A DNA stretch of 64,000 nt from Mytilus californianus. Taxonomy: Eukaryota. The notes under the pieces are model-generated. The model did not search any database. It had not been told where the DNA came from and worked only from the letters and a program-made list of their open reading frames with translations. A program made the translations under genes and the position numbers. This document shows, one piece after another, positions 1-14,450 of this stretch (positions are counted from its first letter, which is position 1; each line of letters starts with the position of its first letter). The stretch covers positions 79,360,001-79,424,000 of the forward strand of contig NW_026262712.1 of assembly GCF_021869535.1 (NCBI RefSeq), read 5' to 3'.

Positions 1-3000
1 CTATGAAGAATGGTTCTTTCCATATGGCGCTTTTAAAGTACTCGGACGTTCTGCCTCAATAACTGGACTGTTGCAGTAAGGATCCTGAACAACCCTTAAC
101 CTGCTATTATTAGCATACGGCCTATGTACAGGTAACGACGGTTTTATTAAGGATGACTCAACGGTAGATTCACTCCATGTCGTTGCCATCTCTTTTGATA
201 TTGGTTTTGCAGAACAATACTTTCTATATGATGTTGTGTCTTTACTTTTACGTTCAGCTTCAGTAAATGTTTTGTTACAAGAATAATCTTTATTAACATC
301 TGTCCTATTTGTGTTGATTGGGTTCTTCTTGTGAATCCAAGTTGCTCGCAATAGTATTATCGTACACAAGATTAGGTCTTGTAGAAAAGTTTCTCGCAAA
401 AGTATTATCGTACACAAGATTAGGTCTTGTAGAAAAATTCTCTCTCTTTGATGATTTGTCTTTATTTTGACATTTAGCCGCAGTTAATGATTTGTTCCTA
501 AAAGAATCTTCAATAGCATCAATCCTTTTTGTATTAGAATGAGGTCTCTGGTCACGTAACGACGTTTTGCTTCAGGCTGAATCAATAAAATTTTCCCTGC
601 ATGTTGTTACCTCCGCTTCGTATTTAGATTTAATTTTTGAACGCTGTATTCCTTTATCGTGTACTAGAGGATCCCAATTGGTCGTATAGGCACTATCAGT
701 GACAAAACTAGGCCTTGAACATGTTGAAGAAAGTGTCTTTCTATGTGATGATTTCAATATACTTGGACGTTCAGCTGCGGTAAACGGTCTGTTAGAGTTT
801 GAATCTTGAAAACCCGATATCCTACTTTTATAAGCATTAGGTCCTGGGACACGTAACGAAATTTTGCTTTTGGCTGACTCAAGAGAATAATAGCTTTTGG
901 TGCCTCTTCGTTTGACTTTTTGGTTTCATTTGAAATGACAATTTGTTGATCAGGTACTGGTGAATCTAAGTTGCTCTTAAAAGTATTAACAGACAAAATT
1001 AGGTCTTGCGGGAAAATACTTTCTATATAATTATTTGTCTTTACTTTGAAGTTCAGCCTCAGTAATTGTTTGGTTACAAGTAGAATCGTCACTTTTATCT
1101 GTGCTACTTGTCAAACCACGAGCTTTTTGAGCAGGTAATGACGTTTTGTCTAAGTGTACCCCAAAGGATGATGAAATGAATGTCGTTGGCTCTTCTTTTG
1201 GTTTTCTTTTCTTACTATTGCTTGAAAATTTCATTTCTTGATCGGGTTCTTGAGATTTCAAGTTGTTCACAAAAGTATTATCAGAGACAACACAAGGTCT
1301 TGCCGAAATTGACTTTCTATATGGTGATTTACTTTGTCCGTCAGCCTCAATATATGGTTTGTTACAAGAAGAATATTTAATATCCTCTGTTCTTCGTTGC
1401 AATGATAACGATGTTTTGCTTACGGTTGACTCACAAAAGGATTGACTGCATACTGTTGTCTCTTCTTCAGATTTTGATTTTGTTCTGGAAAGCTGAAATT
1501 CTTCATCGGGTTCTTGAGATTTTATGTTGGTCGTAAAATCATTATCAGTGAGAAAACTATGCCCTGAAGAATACTTATTTCCGTGTGGTGATTTCAATAT
1601 ACTCAGACGTTCACCCTCCTCAGCAACTGGTCTATTATAGTAAGAATTTTGGATAACCCCTGTCCTACTGTTATATGCAGGAGGTTCTTGGACACGTAAC
1701 GAAAATTTACTTAAGGTAATCCATTAGAGTAATTACTGTTTGTCGTTTCCTCTTCCCTCGATTTTGTTTTTATACTTGAGCGTTCAATGTCTTGATCAGG
1801 AATTTCAGATTTCAAGTTGCTCGTTAAGGCATTATCAAAAACAAACTTTCTATATGATGATTTGTCTTTACTTTGACGTTTATCCTCAGTTAATGTTTTG
1901 TTACAAGAAGAATCTTTATTAACTTCTGTCCTACTTGTATCAGGATGAGGTCGATGTACAGGTGACGACGTTTTGTTTGAGGTTGACTCAAAAGAAGATT
2001 TACTGTACATCGTTGACCCTCCTTTGAACTTTGTTTTTATAGTTGAAAGCTGAAATCCTGTATCGAGTACTTGATATCCCAAATTGTTTGTAAAAAGTTT
2101 TATCAGTTGCAAAGGTAGGCCTTGTAGAATGGTCCTTTCCATGTGGTGATCTTAATATATTTGCTCGGTCAACATTCGAAACTGTTCTGAAATCATCTTG
2201 ATTAATATCTGTCCTACTTTTATAAGCATGAGGTACCTTTCCAGGTAATGATGTTTGGCTTAATGCTGACTCAAAAGAAGGTTCACTATATGTCTTTGCT
2301 TTTTCTCTAGATATTGATCCAACTCTTGAAAGTTTAATGTTTTGATCTGGTACATGATAGTCCAAGTTATTGTTAGAAAAAGTATTACCAGTGCCAATAT
2401 TTGACCTTGAATAATGGAATTCTCTGTATGGTGATTTGTATATAAAATGACGTTCGGACAGAGTGACTGTGTTGTAACAGTAAGTATCTGGAATATCATC
2501 TGTCTTCAGGGGTTTAGCCTGCGGTTCTTGTACACCTAACAAAGTTTTGTTTACGTTTGGCTCTATAGAATATTTACTACATTGTGTTGCCTCTTATTTA
2601 GATGTTGTTGTACTTGATAAATGAATTTCTTTATCGGATACTGGGGAGTCACTGTTTCTTACATAATTATTATCAAAGCGGAAAGTGGGTTTTAAAAAAT
2701 ATTTAATACTATAAGATGATTTGTTTTTGCTTGAACGGTAAACCTCAGCAACTGTTTTGTTATATAATGAATCTTTAAAGATATTCGTCTCACGTTCATG
2801 GGCATGAAAAGCAGATTCACTTACGGTATTTCCATTCAATTCCAGAAATGTGTTTGGTTTCCATGTTCTCCATGTATGGCCTCCGGGGTCTCTAGATCCT
2901 TGAATCTTTATCGAAATACCGTCATTGGTCGTAGTAAATTTTTTCCGTCTGAAAAGTCGCTGTGGAATTTCATCAACTTCGAATTATCAGCTGTGTAAAA

Positions 3001-3163
3001 CCTCCCATTTTTTATTACAACGGAAATATTTGGAATGTCCTTCGGTGAAATTGATTTAGTTAACAATTCATCTAAAGTGTCCCCTATAAATTTATCATTG
3101 AATTGTGTGTATTTACCCCAAGTGTTTGCAATAGAAAATTTCTGATGGTCTTAACTTCATCAT
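1..3163 (-). pseudogene. Copy A of the DNRR-domain/97-aa-repeat family; disabled; runs off the window edge
   Basis: ATGATG at 3163 begins MMKLRPSEIF. Relative to copy B it has a 14-nt deletion removing SQDS and an ~55-nt deletion removing RRLWVF...; GDTLDELLT, KDIPNISVV, GRFYTADN and KFTTTNDGISIKIQGSRDPG are still readable. About 10-11 repeat units follow, broken into ORF fragments (2594-2839, 2000-2542, 1711-2142, 1031-1597, 1-417). Confidence 0.85.
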
Positions 3164-3630
3164 TCCCGAATACGTCGACTACACAACACATGTTATCTAT
3201 TACACTACTGCTAATTTTAGTTGTACTTTCGATATCGATATTTTTAGAAAAGGGATATTTTGAGTTTTTTCAAAACGTTTCGGAAAACCAACGATTTGCA
3301 TATTCGAAACATCGATTACTAAATACCCCATACAAAATATCAATTCTAATTTGACACAAATAAAATGGATGTTCCAATTTCTCTGCACATGACATGTTTC
3401 TATGGAATAATCATCATCCTATTCTCGTTGGTACATCGAATTTCCAAACCAGACCAGATAGTGCTATTTTATTTATCATTTAACATCCACGATTCCTTAC
3501 CATATAATATGTTTTTAGAGTTTGTCTATCATCATGTGGTGTTGAAATACATAGCCATAGCATAAAACGTAATAATAATATAAAAGTTGAAAAAGTGCCA
3601 AACAAACTTCACACCAAGATTTATAATTGA

Positions 3631-3759
3631 TTTTTGATTTGATTTTTGTGTTTTAACGCCACTTTTAAGCACCGCTTTTGGGCTATTTCGTGGCGGTCAG
3701 TTTTTATTGGTGGAGGAAGCCGGAGTGCCCGGAGAAAATCACCGACCTTCGATAGGAAA
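3631..3759 (-). mobile_element. 5'-truncated SINE/retroposon fragment with 15-bp target-site duplication
   Basis: Flanked by the direct repeat aagatttataattga (3616-3630 and 3760-3774), with a (TGATT)n-like tail. The body ...gtggcggtcagtttttattggtggaggaagccggagtgcccggagaaaa... resembles a common bivalve SINE (recalled, not searched). Confidence 0.7.
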
Positions 3760-3819
3760 AAGATTTATAATTGAAAATTTGATAAAAGGAACAGGTTTAT
3801 AAACTGGGTTAGTTAAATA

Positions 3820-6800
3820 ACAACCCAAATATACAAAATGATAAAAAAAAAAACAAATTGAGGTCAATATGCGACATTCAATATAAGAGATAGGTGAATA
3901 TGCATTGTTATATATTCAACAGGTACTATCCCATAACTTATCTGAGTAGTTTTATACACCGAACAAACGGTTCAAAGAATTCAATGCGTATTTGATACGT
4001 TAATTATGTGAATGAATGATTTGACAAAACCAAAACATAAAAGGGGTCATATAGTATAGGTGCAATCAAAATAAAGTTGCTCAGGAAAAGACGAAACAGA
4101 ATTAACCCACCCCACGACACCCCAATCATTACAACCAGCAAAATTAAGCAGACACACAGCAGTTTATAAACTATTACACATAAACAAAAAACCTATTGCG
4201 AAATAAGGACTTTTTCATTTCTGGAATTTTAAAGCCATCTTATTTACTCTAATGGAATGTATTTTGATATGTGGCATTCGAATAGAGATGACTGTAATGT
4301 ATTTTAAGCTTGACCTTCGTAAAACTTGATGATTTTACGGTCGCACATATCCTTTTACCTAGCTCTGCTATGCGTAGAATTGGAGATAATTATATAACTA
4401 TAGTGAAGTAGACTGACAGCCAAAGCCTGATCTAAATGCTGCAAGAAATGAATTAAAGGTATTTTTGAAATGTTATGTACGATAGGACATTACTTGACAT
4501 CAGTATGTGAGAATTTCATATCGAGTTTGATAAGATGTCGAGTCTACTTTGGTGATTGTTTTTCTGTTTGGTGTGGGTTTTTTTTAATTTTATTCAATGT
4601 GTCTCGTAGGCATCTATCCTACTGCATTGCCAATCTTGTGATAACTTTTAGATTAAAATGACGGACTGCGCAAAAAGGGTTTTACGAAAGCTGTGTAAAG
4701 CATTTTGCTTGAACAAATAAAAACAAGTGTCCTCTATAATCACTTTCCTAATGGACTGGATTCATTTAACAATTAAACAACAGATACAATTTAAATTGCT
4801 GCCAAAGTGTTATAAAAATCACGATTGTATAGCATACACTATATTCTAAAGTTTTTCTAACATATTTTGTTGTTGTATTACCGAGTCATGGCATTTAATT
4901 AATGTTTAAAACTGCCAAACATACCTCATAAGGAGATCTATATTTAAAAGTTTAATATGAAGAACAGGTTTATTGAAAAAGAAAATATATATATACAAAT
5001 AATACGAGATACAGGTTTAGATACACATCAACCCAACGATATAAAATAATAAAAGAAAAATAGAGATCAATATGCGACATTCAATAAGGTATAGGTCATT
5101 TACATTACCAGAATTCCATCATATACTATCCTATATCTGCTTTGAACACTTTCTACACCCACAAACGTATTAATTCAATGCATATTATATATGTTAATTA
5201 AACGAAATATTGATTTGAGAAAAATCCATAATAGTTTACAGAAAGGGGTTATAAAATATTACGGGTGCAATCAAAACCAAAAAGTCGAATAACATATTTA
5301 ACGCCTACCACCCCCGCCCCCAAAGCTTCCTTCTCCCTTCGTTCCATTCAACAAAACTGAGCAGAAAAACAACAGTCTACAAAATATAACACATAAAACT
5401 AAAAAAAAAACACTTGGAAACAAAGACCCAACAAAATTAGAATTTAGAACAAGTTCTATTGCGTAAAATTGGTAAATAAATTTTATTTCATATAGCATTA
5501 TTGAAATAGTTTTTTTTCAAATGTACACTTAACCATTGTTTTTTATATACATGTTTTGTTAAAGTACAAAGATAATTTATGTTTAATTTTATCTTTGTAG
5601 TGATATGTTTGTAAACCTCATTATTTTTTTTCGAACAATCCTTCTATCTATAACTTACTCAATAAAAGTATTGTTTTAATGTATTCAGAAAACTTGATCT
5701 ATATATAATCTAGGTCGAATATTAGAACAATATCCTAGATTGATATTATCACCAAATATTTATGGCCTGGATTTGAACAAATATGAAAATGTTAGTAGGA
5801 AATAGCTTTAGAAAAAACCACAATACAAGACAGTGTTGATATATCTTAAAAATACAAGAACGTGATTATATTCTGAATATGTATTCCCTGCCACATTGAA
5901 CTTGTGGAATACGATACATTTATATATGAGACAATGGAGTTTCCACTCTCTTTAATCAAACAGAACACATATATGTAAACAAAAGGAGAAGGATTCCTTA
6001 TATTAGTATGTTGGAAACTATGTAGGACAATCTTTCTATTCACAACAACGATTGAATTCCATTGGATTCAATTTCCATTTATTTTGTACATAAATTAGTA
6101 GATTAAGTTAACAGTCGTAATTTGAAAAGTATTGATTTTACGGTTCTTAAATAACTGCGCGGAAACAATATGGTGTCAGATTCTAATCAATCATTTCCCA
6201 TACCTTTTTAACGACAAAAATAAAAACTCGTCAATATAAAACATATAACTTCACTTTTTTTCATCAGTAACAACATACTGAAAAGTTAAAAACCTTGTTT
6301 TAACAGTTTGTAAACTACATGAAGTGCCATCAATTAACGACTATATCTGCTGATCGGAAAATGTAAGAAATTGTCAATTATGAACTGGACCTCCATTTTG
6401 TCATCAGTAAAATTGAATGAAAAATTTAAAAGCATACGTAGGAAACTTCATTATAGTTATCGCATGACAAAAGCTGGAGCCGCCGGCTGTTTAACCCCTA
6501 AAAGCAGTGGCACTAACACCCAAAAGATATCTTTGAGTCAACTGGTACTTTTTAACAAAAGAAAAAGTGTCTACACACTTAATGTATGTCAATGTCTAAT
6601 TCGCCAAACCCGATTGATGCAGTTTCCCTTTTATCTTTTACATCTACTCCTAATACTAGATAGGATACAAATGCCATTTAAATACACATCTTTAGGACAC
6701 ATAATTACATCGGTTTATATCTAAGTATATGATTGCTCTTGCTATTTGGTGTGTATTTCTTATTTTATTAAATATCTAAGCATCTATCAAACTGCATTGT

Positions 6801-6900
6801 CTTTAAAAGCTTATTAATGAACATTTTTGATTGCAAAAAAGTGTTTTTCGATTTTTTTGTGAAACATATTGCTAACACAAATAAACAGAAAATATGATCG
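3820..6900. repeat. Duplicated upstream/intergenic block of the gene array
   Basis: 3820-4200 aligns by eye with 5025-5470 and 32885-33215; 4540-4730 with 6725-6900; 5550-6060 with 33220-33740; 6180-6720 with 38240-38770. Confidence 0.75.
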
Positions 6901-6999
6901 ATTGTTTTTATTATTTAGAATATTCCGTATTGATCGGATTCCTCTAACAAATAAATAACAGAATTAACTTGTTTTGTTGCAATCTAAGCTTTCGTCAAA

Positions 7000-7860
7000 T
7001 CACATTTTATGATATATTGTTAAGTCGTGAATATTATCGAAACTAGTCAGTAGTTTCCGAATAAAATCTTGCATATTTTGTTGGTTTGATCTGATATACA
7101 CGCGACTTACTTCCGTTATTTGTAGTTGAAATGCAAATAGTAGCAGTTTGAATCGTTGATTTTCTTCCAACAATAAACTATCCCTGTTGCAGTATGCTAT
7201 TGTTGGCCGATCGCGAGCTTTATTATTTTCTTCGTATTCCTCTTCACATTCTTTTACATTCTGCATACTAGCGGTTCCATGTTACTCGAAACGAAATTAT
7301 CATCACGCTTATACTTCATCTGTGGAGATATGCTATTGCTGTATGATGATTTGTATATACTAGTACTTGGAAGGCGATCATCATAATCTGAGTTTGCATC
7401 TTCCATCACCTCTGTCATTCTTATAATAGGAGATTCTTGGACACGTAAGGAAAAGCTACCTAATTCATTCTCATTATGTCCGCGACATACGTTTGGTTCC
7501 AATGTTAATGTTCTCCAGATTACACCTCCAGGGTCCCTTATCTGTATTGAAGTACCATCATTAGACGTTGTAAATTTAGTGCCAGTTTTAGTTCTTAAAA
7601 TTTACATTAGTTACTTGATGAGCATATATGTTATGTATAAATCTAGCTTCTTCGGCTTTTAGAAATACCCACAATCGTTGATTGTCTGCTGTGTAAAACT
7701 TTCCATTTGTCATAACAATAGTATTATTTGGATATATAATATGCAATTCGTCTTTTGATTTCTTTATTAGTTTTTCACTGCAAGGTGGTTGTACATCAAA
7801 TCTGTTTGAGATAGTGTCTTGTGAGTATGTTTTTAGCTGTAGAATATTTTATATACAACT
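7000..7860 (-). pseudogene. Copy E: compact, degraded paralogue (domain + ~1 repeat + tail)
   Basis: Minus-strand translation gives SQDTISNRFD, PNNTIVMTNGKFYTADNQRLWVFLKAEEA and RTKTGTKFTTSNDGTSIQIRDPGGVIWRT. One repeat-like unit follows (7254-7502), then an 88-aa ORF (7000-7266). The start codon is lost and frameshifts are present. Confidence 0.8.
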
Positions 7861-8362
7861 AAGCAAAACGTTTTCCTACTTCCTTACACACTATTTCAAT
7901 TCATGACATATGTGAAGGGGTATTTAAATAAAAAGGATATATTCTTTCAAACCCACCGATCTGATATATGAATACATAATTGTCAAAGATCAATAAAAGT
8001 ATTTACAAAATCAAATACCACAAAAACAGTCTAATTCTGTCTTGAAAAGTTGGAAGCATACCTTATATACGATCATTACGTACATATGACAATATAACAG
8101 GTTTGTTATTTTATTAGTACTTAAACTGCTGAAATGAGTCCTTGTGCAGTATCTATAATGTAGTCGGATACTTAGCGTATTAAGTATTAGAGGACGTAGT
8201 GTATCTAATCAGTAGACACACGTAGTGTACCCAATCAAAGGAGGTGCAGATATGAGAGTCATCTGCTTTTACAATGAAGTAAATACAGGAACAATTAGAC
8301 GAACTGTAAGATTATGGGAAGATACATAGATGATATACCTGATATAGCTACATACACATTAA

Positions 8363-8962
8363 ATGGGCATTAGCTACGAGATAAAGAAAAAACATGATTG
8401 TTTTGTTCAATCATTAATGAAAGTGAGAAAGTGCTCTAATCATTCGTTTTTAACAGCCAGTTTAATTTGATTTAGTTTTGTCAAAATAATCAAAGATGCA
8501 TTGCTAATGAATTATTCACTTGTAAGTGAATATTTCGACTTCATTAAATCCGTATTCATGTAGACTTCAATAGAATACCTTAGTTGCTAGAGATCGGTTA
8601 CCGCTATCAAAACGAAAAGAATATCAAGATTAAAAGTGAAACAAGGACTAACCTTTTGAGTGACTGATTCGATCTACAAAAATTGATTCTTGTCAAAAAG
8701 AAATAATAAACATATGTTTTAAACCTATAATATGAATTCAAACAGACATCAATGGTAAATTAGATGGCGTCTATACTAGAATATTCACGAATTGTTGATA
8801 CATATGATCATGTCCGTGCACCATCGATGGTGTATTTTATAATTCGACTTCAGTACATCCGTATACTTTTTTATAATTTGGATATACGTTTTAGTATGTT
8901 ATAAATCAGATATGAGAATTTGAGTCAAATCGGTTACCATGAAATTGACAGCTAATGTCCCT
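8363..8962. mobile_element. Non-autonomous TIR element (MITE) with TTAA target duplication, Kolobok-like
   Basis: TTAA at 8359-8362 and 8963-8966; termini atgggcattagct ... agctaatgtccct are imperfect inverted repeats. Confidence 0.65.
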
Positions 8963-9069
8963 TTAAAGGCTAAAGCTTAGTAGTCAGTTTAAATTATACA
9001 TCTAATCGTGTGTATATGTCATTAAAATTAGATCCATATAAAAATATATATCCATAAAAGCGCGATGTT

Positions 9070-9870
9070 TGGCTAGCCACAAAGCCAGTTTCAACCCATC
9101 ATTTTTTCTTAGAATGTCCTGTACCAAGTCAGGAAAATGGTAGTTACTATCTTATAGTTCGTTTCTGTGTGTGTTACATTGTCGTTTGGTTTTTTGTTGC
9201 ACTTCAGTGTTTCTGTTGTTTCGTTGATTTCTTCTTTGAGTTAATGTGTTTCCCTCGGTTTTAGTTTGTAACCCGGATTTGTTTTCTCTCAATCAATTTT
9301 TGACTTTCGAACAGCGGTATATTACTGTTGCCTTTATTAACAGGATTAGCATGATTAACAAGAAAGTATTTATTCTTGTGTTATCTTCTTGTACATTTCA
9401 AATTCATTACCGAAAAGCCAGACGCTGAACATATTCACAATGCTTTTGTTAAAATGATTAGAATTTGTATTTTACCCACATTCTGTGTTATGAAATATAA
9501 ATCACTATTTGTTAATAAAAAAGGGAAGAAATTCAATTTACCTTATGTTTTTATTTTATTTTCGTTTGGTCATATTATTATGTGAACCAAATATCTATAA
9601 ATTAGAAAAGAATCCATAACAGAAGTTGCTCTTAACTAATTCCATTATATTAAAGGCAACAGAAGTATACCGGTGTTCGAAAGTCATAAATCGATTGAGG
9701 GAAAACAAATCCGGGTAACCAACCAAAACCGAGGGAAACAAATGAACAACAGGAACACCGACGTGCAATAAAAACAAACGCCAACACACATAGAAACGAA
9801 CTATTGGATAACAACTGCAATATTGCTGACTAGGTACATGACATTTTAAGACAAATGGTGGGTTGAACCT
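9070..9870. repeat. Inverted pair of one dispersed repeat family (9070-9338 and 9649-9870)
   Basis: taaaggcaacagaagtataccggtgttcgaaagtcataaatcgattgagggaaaacaaatccggg at 9650 matches the reverse complement of 9270-9338. Confidence 0.7.
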
Positions 9871-10479
9871 TGAATCTTTAGCATTGAATTATTAACTTGT
9901 TTCATAAAGTAGAAAACAGTTTTAAGAAGACAGACCATAGTTGTTCAATTAATTTTTTCGACTCATTAACCCTTTTTAATCATTGTTCCGTATCAATTTA
10001 TTAGTGATCAAAAATAGTTTGTCGATTGGTAGTACAACCATGGCTGGTTTAATTATTTTTTAAGGGACGTAAAACTGTGTATGCGTTTGTTATTTTCTTT
10101 TCCGATAAAACAAGTGTACGATTAACAAGGGATTGTGACACTGAATAACGACAATGTTAGTACCTGCTTGTTTTTTGTACTTTGTGGTTTATAGATATCA
10201 CGTGGTTATTTCTCGGAAAGCCACCAAGATGGTTGTATAAGAGTAAAATATTCTCTATTTAAAATCGATGGTGACATCTTATCTAGAAGAATAAAACCTT
10301 AATAATTATATATGAATTTGTGCTTTTTAAACTTTAAATATCAATTTTCAATTTTTTTTTTTTTTTTTGCGAAGTTTCCTTTAAATATTGTTTTTATATA
10401 TAAATAAAGAGATCGTAACTTCTAAGGCAATGACAGGAAACATAATCAATACAAGAAAAGATGCTGTGGTATTATTGCC

Positions 10480-11010
10480 ATTGAGACAAATATTCAGTGT
10501 TTAACCCCTCTGCGTGTATGTGTGTATGTGCCTATGACAAGACAAGAGCCTGTAATTCAGTGGTAGTCGATGGTGAACTGCTGTCATGCTTGTGTTTTAT
10601 ACATTGCGTTGTTATAGGAAAAACCATAACTTTTCTCCTTTGATTTGTTTCACTTTTGTCATGGAGTTTTTTTCATCGTTGAAAGCTGAATTGCGATCTT
10701 TTGTTTTTAATGTACATACGTTTATACCCGCTGCATTTGTTTGCACCTGTCTTAAGGATTCTGTTGTTGGGTGGTTGTCGTTTGTTGATGTGGTTCATCT
10801 CGTCGTCTTGTTTTATATAGATTAGACCGCTAGTTTTCCTGTTTGAATGTTTAACACTATTGTTGTTGGGGTCCTTTATAGCTTGCTGTTCGGTATGAAC
10901 CAAGGCTCCGTGTTGAAGGCCGTACTGTGACTTATAATGGTTTACTTTACAAATTGTGAAATTAATGGAGAGTTGTCTCATTGGCACTCATACCGGTACA
11001 CATCTTCTAA
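10480..11010 (-). repeat. Abundant dispersed repeat (bivalve type); related copies at ~12700-13090 (-), 20590-21140 (+), 23790-24060 (+), 52730-52790 (-), 55280-55400 (+)
   Basis: The copies share parts of the core agaagatgtggtatgattgccaatgagacaactct ... gtacggccttcaaca ... cagctataaaagg, in either orientation. Confidence 0.7.
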
Positions 11011-11050
11011 TAACTACGTCGTATTAGCTCTGAATGATAGTTGTCCCTTA

Positions 11051-11870
11051 TTTTTCATAAAGATGTGAACAATTACTAGTCACCGCATGCACTTCATCAA
11101 TAAGTAAAATCCCTATAATCAGCTATAAAATGCCTTGACATTAAAAACCAAATTCATATAGAAAATGGAAGAATTTAATGGACACCATCATGACTTTCCT
11201 TCTTTTCCTTGATTGCGATATTAACAAAATTATTTGATTACTTATCACCAAATTGCACTTTCCATCAACAACACGACGGAGGACACATTTAGAGCGGGAT
11301 CACCTTGCCTGTCTTGAGATCAACCCTAATTATGTGGTGTGGTTTGTATTGCCGTTTTTTTTTTGTATGTCGTAGTTTGACGACTGTTGTTTGCCTTTTC
11401 GACGTTTAATGTTGGGTTTTTGTTTTGTCATAGTACTGTCGTTATTGTAGACTTGTTTTTCATAACGATGTGAACAATTACTAGTCACCGCATGCACTTC
11501 ATCAATAAGCAAAATCCCTATAATCAGCTATAAAATGCCCTGACATTAAAACCAAATTCATATAGAAAATGGAAGAATTTAATGGACACCATCATGACTT
11601 TCCTTCTTTTCCTTGATTGTGGTATTAACAAAATTATTTGATTACTTATCACCAAATTGCACTTTCCATCAACAACACGACGGAGGACACATTTAGAGCG
11701 GGATCACCTTGTCTGTCTTGAGATCAACCCTTATTTTGTGGTGTGGTTTGTATTCCCGGTTTTCTTTTTTTTTTTTTTTTTGTATGTCGTAGTTTGACGA
11801 CTGTTGTTTGCCTTTTCGACGTTTAAGGTTGGGTTTTTGTTTTGTCATAGTACTGTCGTTATTGTAGACA
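11051..11870. repeat. Near-identical direct tandem duplication, 2 x ~405 bp
   Basis: tttttcataa(a/c)gatgtgaacaattactagtcaccgcatgc recurs 405 bp apart (cataa at 11056 and 11461), and the downstream sequence matches almost base for base. Confidence 0.9.
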
Positions 11871-13299
11871 TATGATTTTTTATTGTCCCTTTGATGTCTT
11901 TCATCTATGTTTTACGCTACAATAAACAAATAAAAACAAAACAAAACACATTGAACATGTTGGATGAAGGTTCCTAGCTTGGAACATGTACCTAACAATA
12001 TGAGTGGTTTAGTATGTTTTTATTTCAGAAGCTTAGTCAATCTATAAGTATTGAAAGAATCAAGAACCATAAGTGGTAATAATTTGAGAGAAAATGCATG
12101 TAAGTTAAAATTTTAGCACAGATAAAGACAGTATTTAACTATGCATGTCATACCCAAACATCTTACTAAATGTAAGAGCTATCACATATCAACGTTCGAC
12201 GAGTTTTTGACACACAATAAACGAACAGACAGCTGACCATTACCAATATTGCAACTAGAACGGCAAGGTACATGAACAAGACATTGTTTACTTTTGATAT
12301 AAATTTGTTTCAACACCAAAGTGCATTGATTATAGTACCCACAGGTACCAGAGAAAATTTCAGGAAGCCAGGTATCATAACATATTGAAACAGTGTATAC
12401 AACATTACAAAAGATACGTTTTAAGAAATATGCCTTTCAAAGTTCAAAGGTTGATTGAAAAGTAAAATTACGATTTCGTCAAGTCTTGTATATTATCAGT
12501 GATATCTACAAATGTAAGTACTTAAATTGGCAAATCAAAACCTTTAATATTCAAATCATTTGTTTATCTTGCATCACATTTTGTTCATTTATGAAGATTA
12601 GTAATTTGTAATTTAGATGTCGCAACCACTTGAACTATGCAATTACAAATTAATATAGCAAACACGATGTTTTATCTCACTATTGTTTGAACACCCAATT
12701 ATATATCAAACCATTGATTGTATAGTGGTTCTCATGTTGGACTGTGACACCACTGTCCAATATTAGGGAATGGTTTGTGCTTTCAAACTTGTTTAACCCC
12801 GCCAGATTCTATATGTGCCTATCCAAAGTCAAAACCTTGTAGTTCAGTAGTTGTGGTTTGTTGCTGTATATCATTATGTTTTGCGTTTATCATTTAGCAC
12901 ATAAATCAGACCTTTAGTTTACTCGTTATAATTTTTTACATATGAGATTTTGGAGCCTTTTATAGCTGACTATGCGGTATGGGTTTTATTCATTGTTGAA
13001 GGCCGTACGGTGACCCATAATTGTTAATTTCTGTATCATTTGAGCACTTGTGAAGAGTAACTAGTATCTCATTGGCAATCACACCAAATCTTCTATCGAG
13101 TATACTTCATTTCACTGTTGATTATACATCATGTCACGTGTAATGTAAAACACTGTAGAAGATAAAATCCAAAATTTCGATAAGGGATAGAAATTAACGA
13201 TGGGATACCTCTGGATCTTTCTGTATGATCTTTGCTTTTTCTCATCGAAAGGAATATTTCCAGATGTGTTTAGTGTTTTTTTCTTTTTTTTGTAAAGCA

Positions 13300-14450
13300 G
13301 CAATCAATTAAAAAAAGTCTAGGCAAATTTATGTTGGACTTACGCATCGACTTTTCAATCATTCACAATACATGTACTTGTAAATATCTAGCAATCTTAT
13401 TAGGATGTTTGTTGTCTCACCTAACAGAACTTATGTCTATTGTTATTTTCTGTCGTGTTCAATTTGTTCAAATTCTTTTTCAGAATTGTTTCCCGCTTGG
13501 TCCATGAGTGTGACTTGGAAGTATACCTCAAACATTAAATTTTTCTTTTTTACTTGAAATATCTAGAACTGCATGAACAGGTTTATATTTTAATTCTTCC
13601 TCACGTTTTGAAATTAGCATACTTTTAACTGAATTTCTTTACCGGCTATTGCGAATTTTGAATTGTTCGAAAAACTTGGCTGCGACGAATGTCATATTTA
13701 AATGATGATTTCTACATATTAGACAAACGGTTGTTTTGTTTTGAAGAGAATCTTTATACTTTTATTTTCGGGATCTTTTTAACAAGTATTCAATAAAGCA
13801 TTTTCCCATGGACAAATTATGTAGTTGTGTCTTATTGTGGAGTCGACAGAAGATTTACATCCTAGCTATAGCGTTGGTTGTTCATCAGCTGTTGATCATT
13901 TTATACTTGAACAGTGAATTTCTTTGTCTAATACTTCAGCTGGACATTCTCTGCTACTCTATTTTTTTATTACTGTATAATTAATAACTGTAATAATTGG
14001 TATGTACTTCAATTGTGAGCATCGATAACTGTTTGTGGTTCAAAAGGAATCCTGATTAACATTCATAATACTCTGATTAACAAGAGGTCCTTGGACAGGT
14101 AACGATGTTTTGCTTAAGATTGACTCGAGAGAAAAATCTTAATCTTTGTGTTGGCTCTTTTTTCAGCTGTTGAAATTTTTAACTTAAACGATGAATTTCT
14201 TCCTTGGAAACTGAGGTTTCACAATGCCAAAACACATTATCCAAACCAACAGCAGACTTTTTAGAAAGGTAATAACTATATGATAAATTATATGTACTTG
14301 AATTCTGAGTTTCGGTAACTGTTTCGTTACAGAAAGAGTCTTGACTAACATCCGTCCTACTTTATGATAAGCATGAGGTCTGTGGTCATGTAACGAAGTT
14401 TTTCTTACGGTTGACCTGAGAGAAGATTTAATATTAAGTGTTGACTCCTT
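13300..14450 (-). pseudogene. Decayed continuation of copy B: further repeat units plus the shared 3' tail
   Basis: After the TAA at 14451 the frame continues KESTLNIKSSLRSTVRKTSL (repeat consensus) and then frameshifts. 13320-13620 is homologous to 25650-25860 and 40200-40420. Confidence 0.7.
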
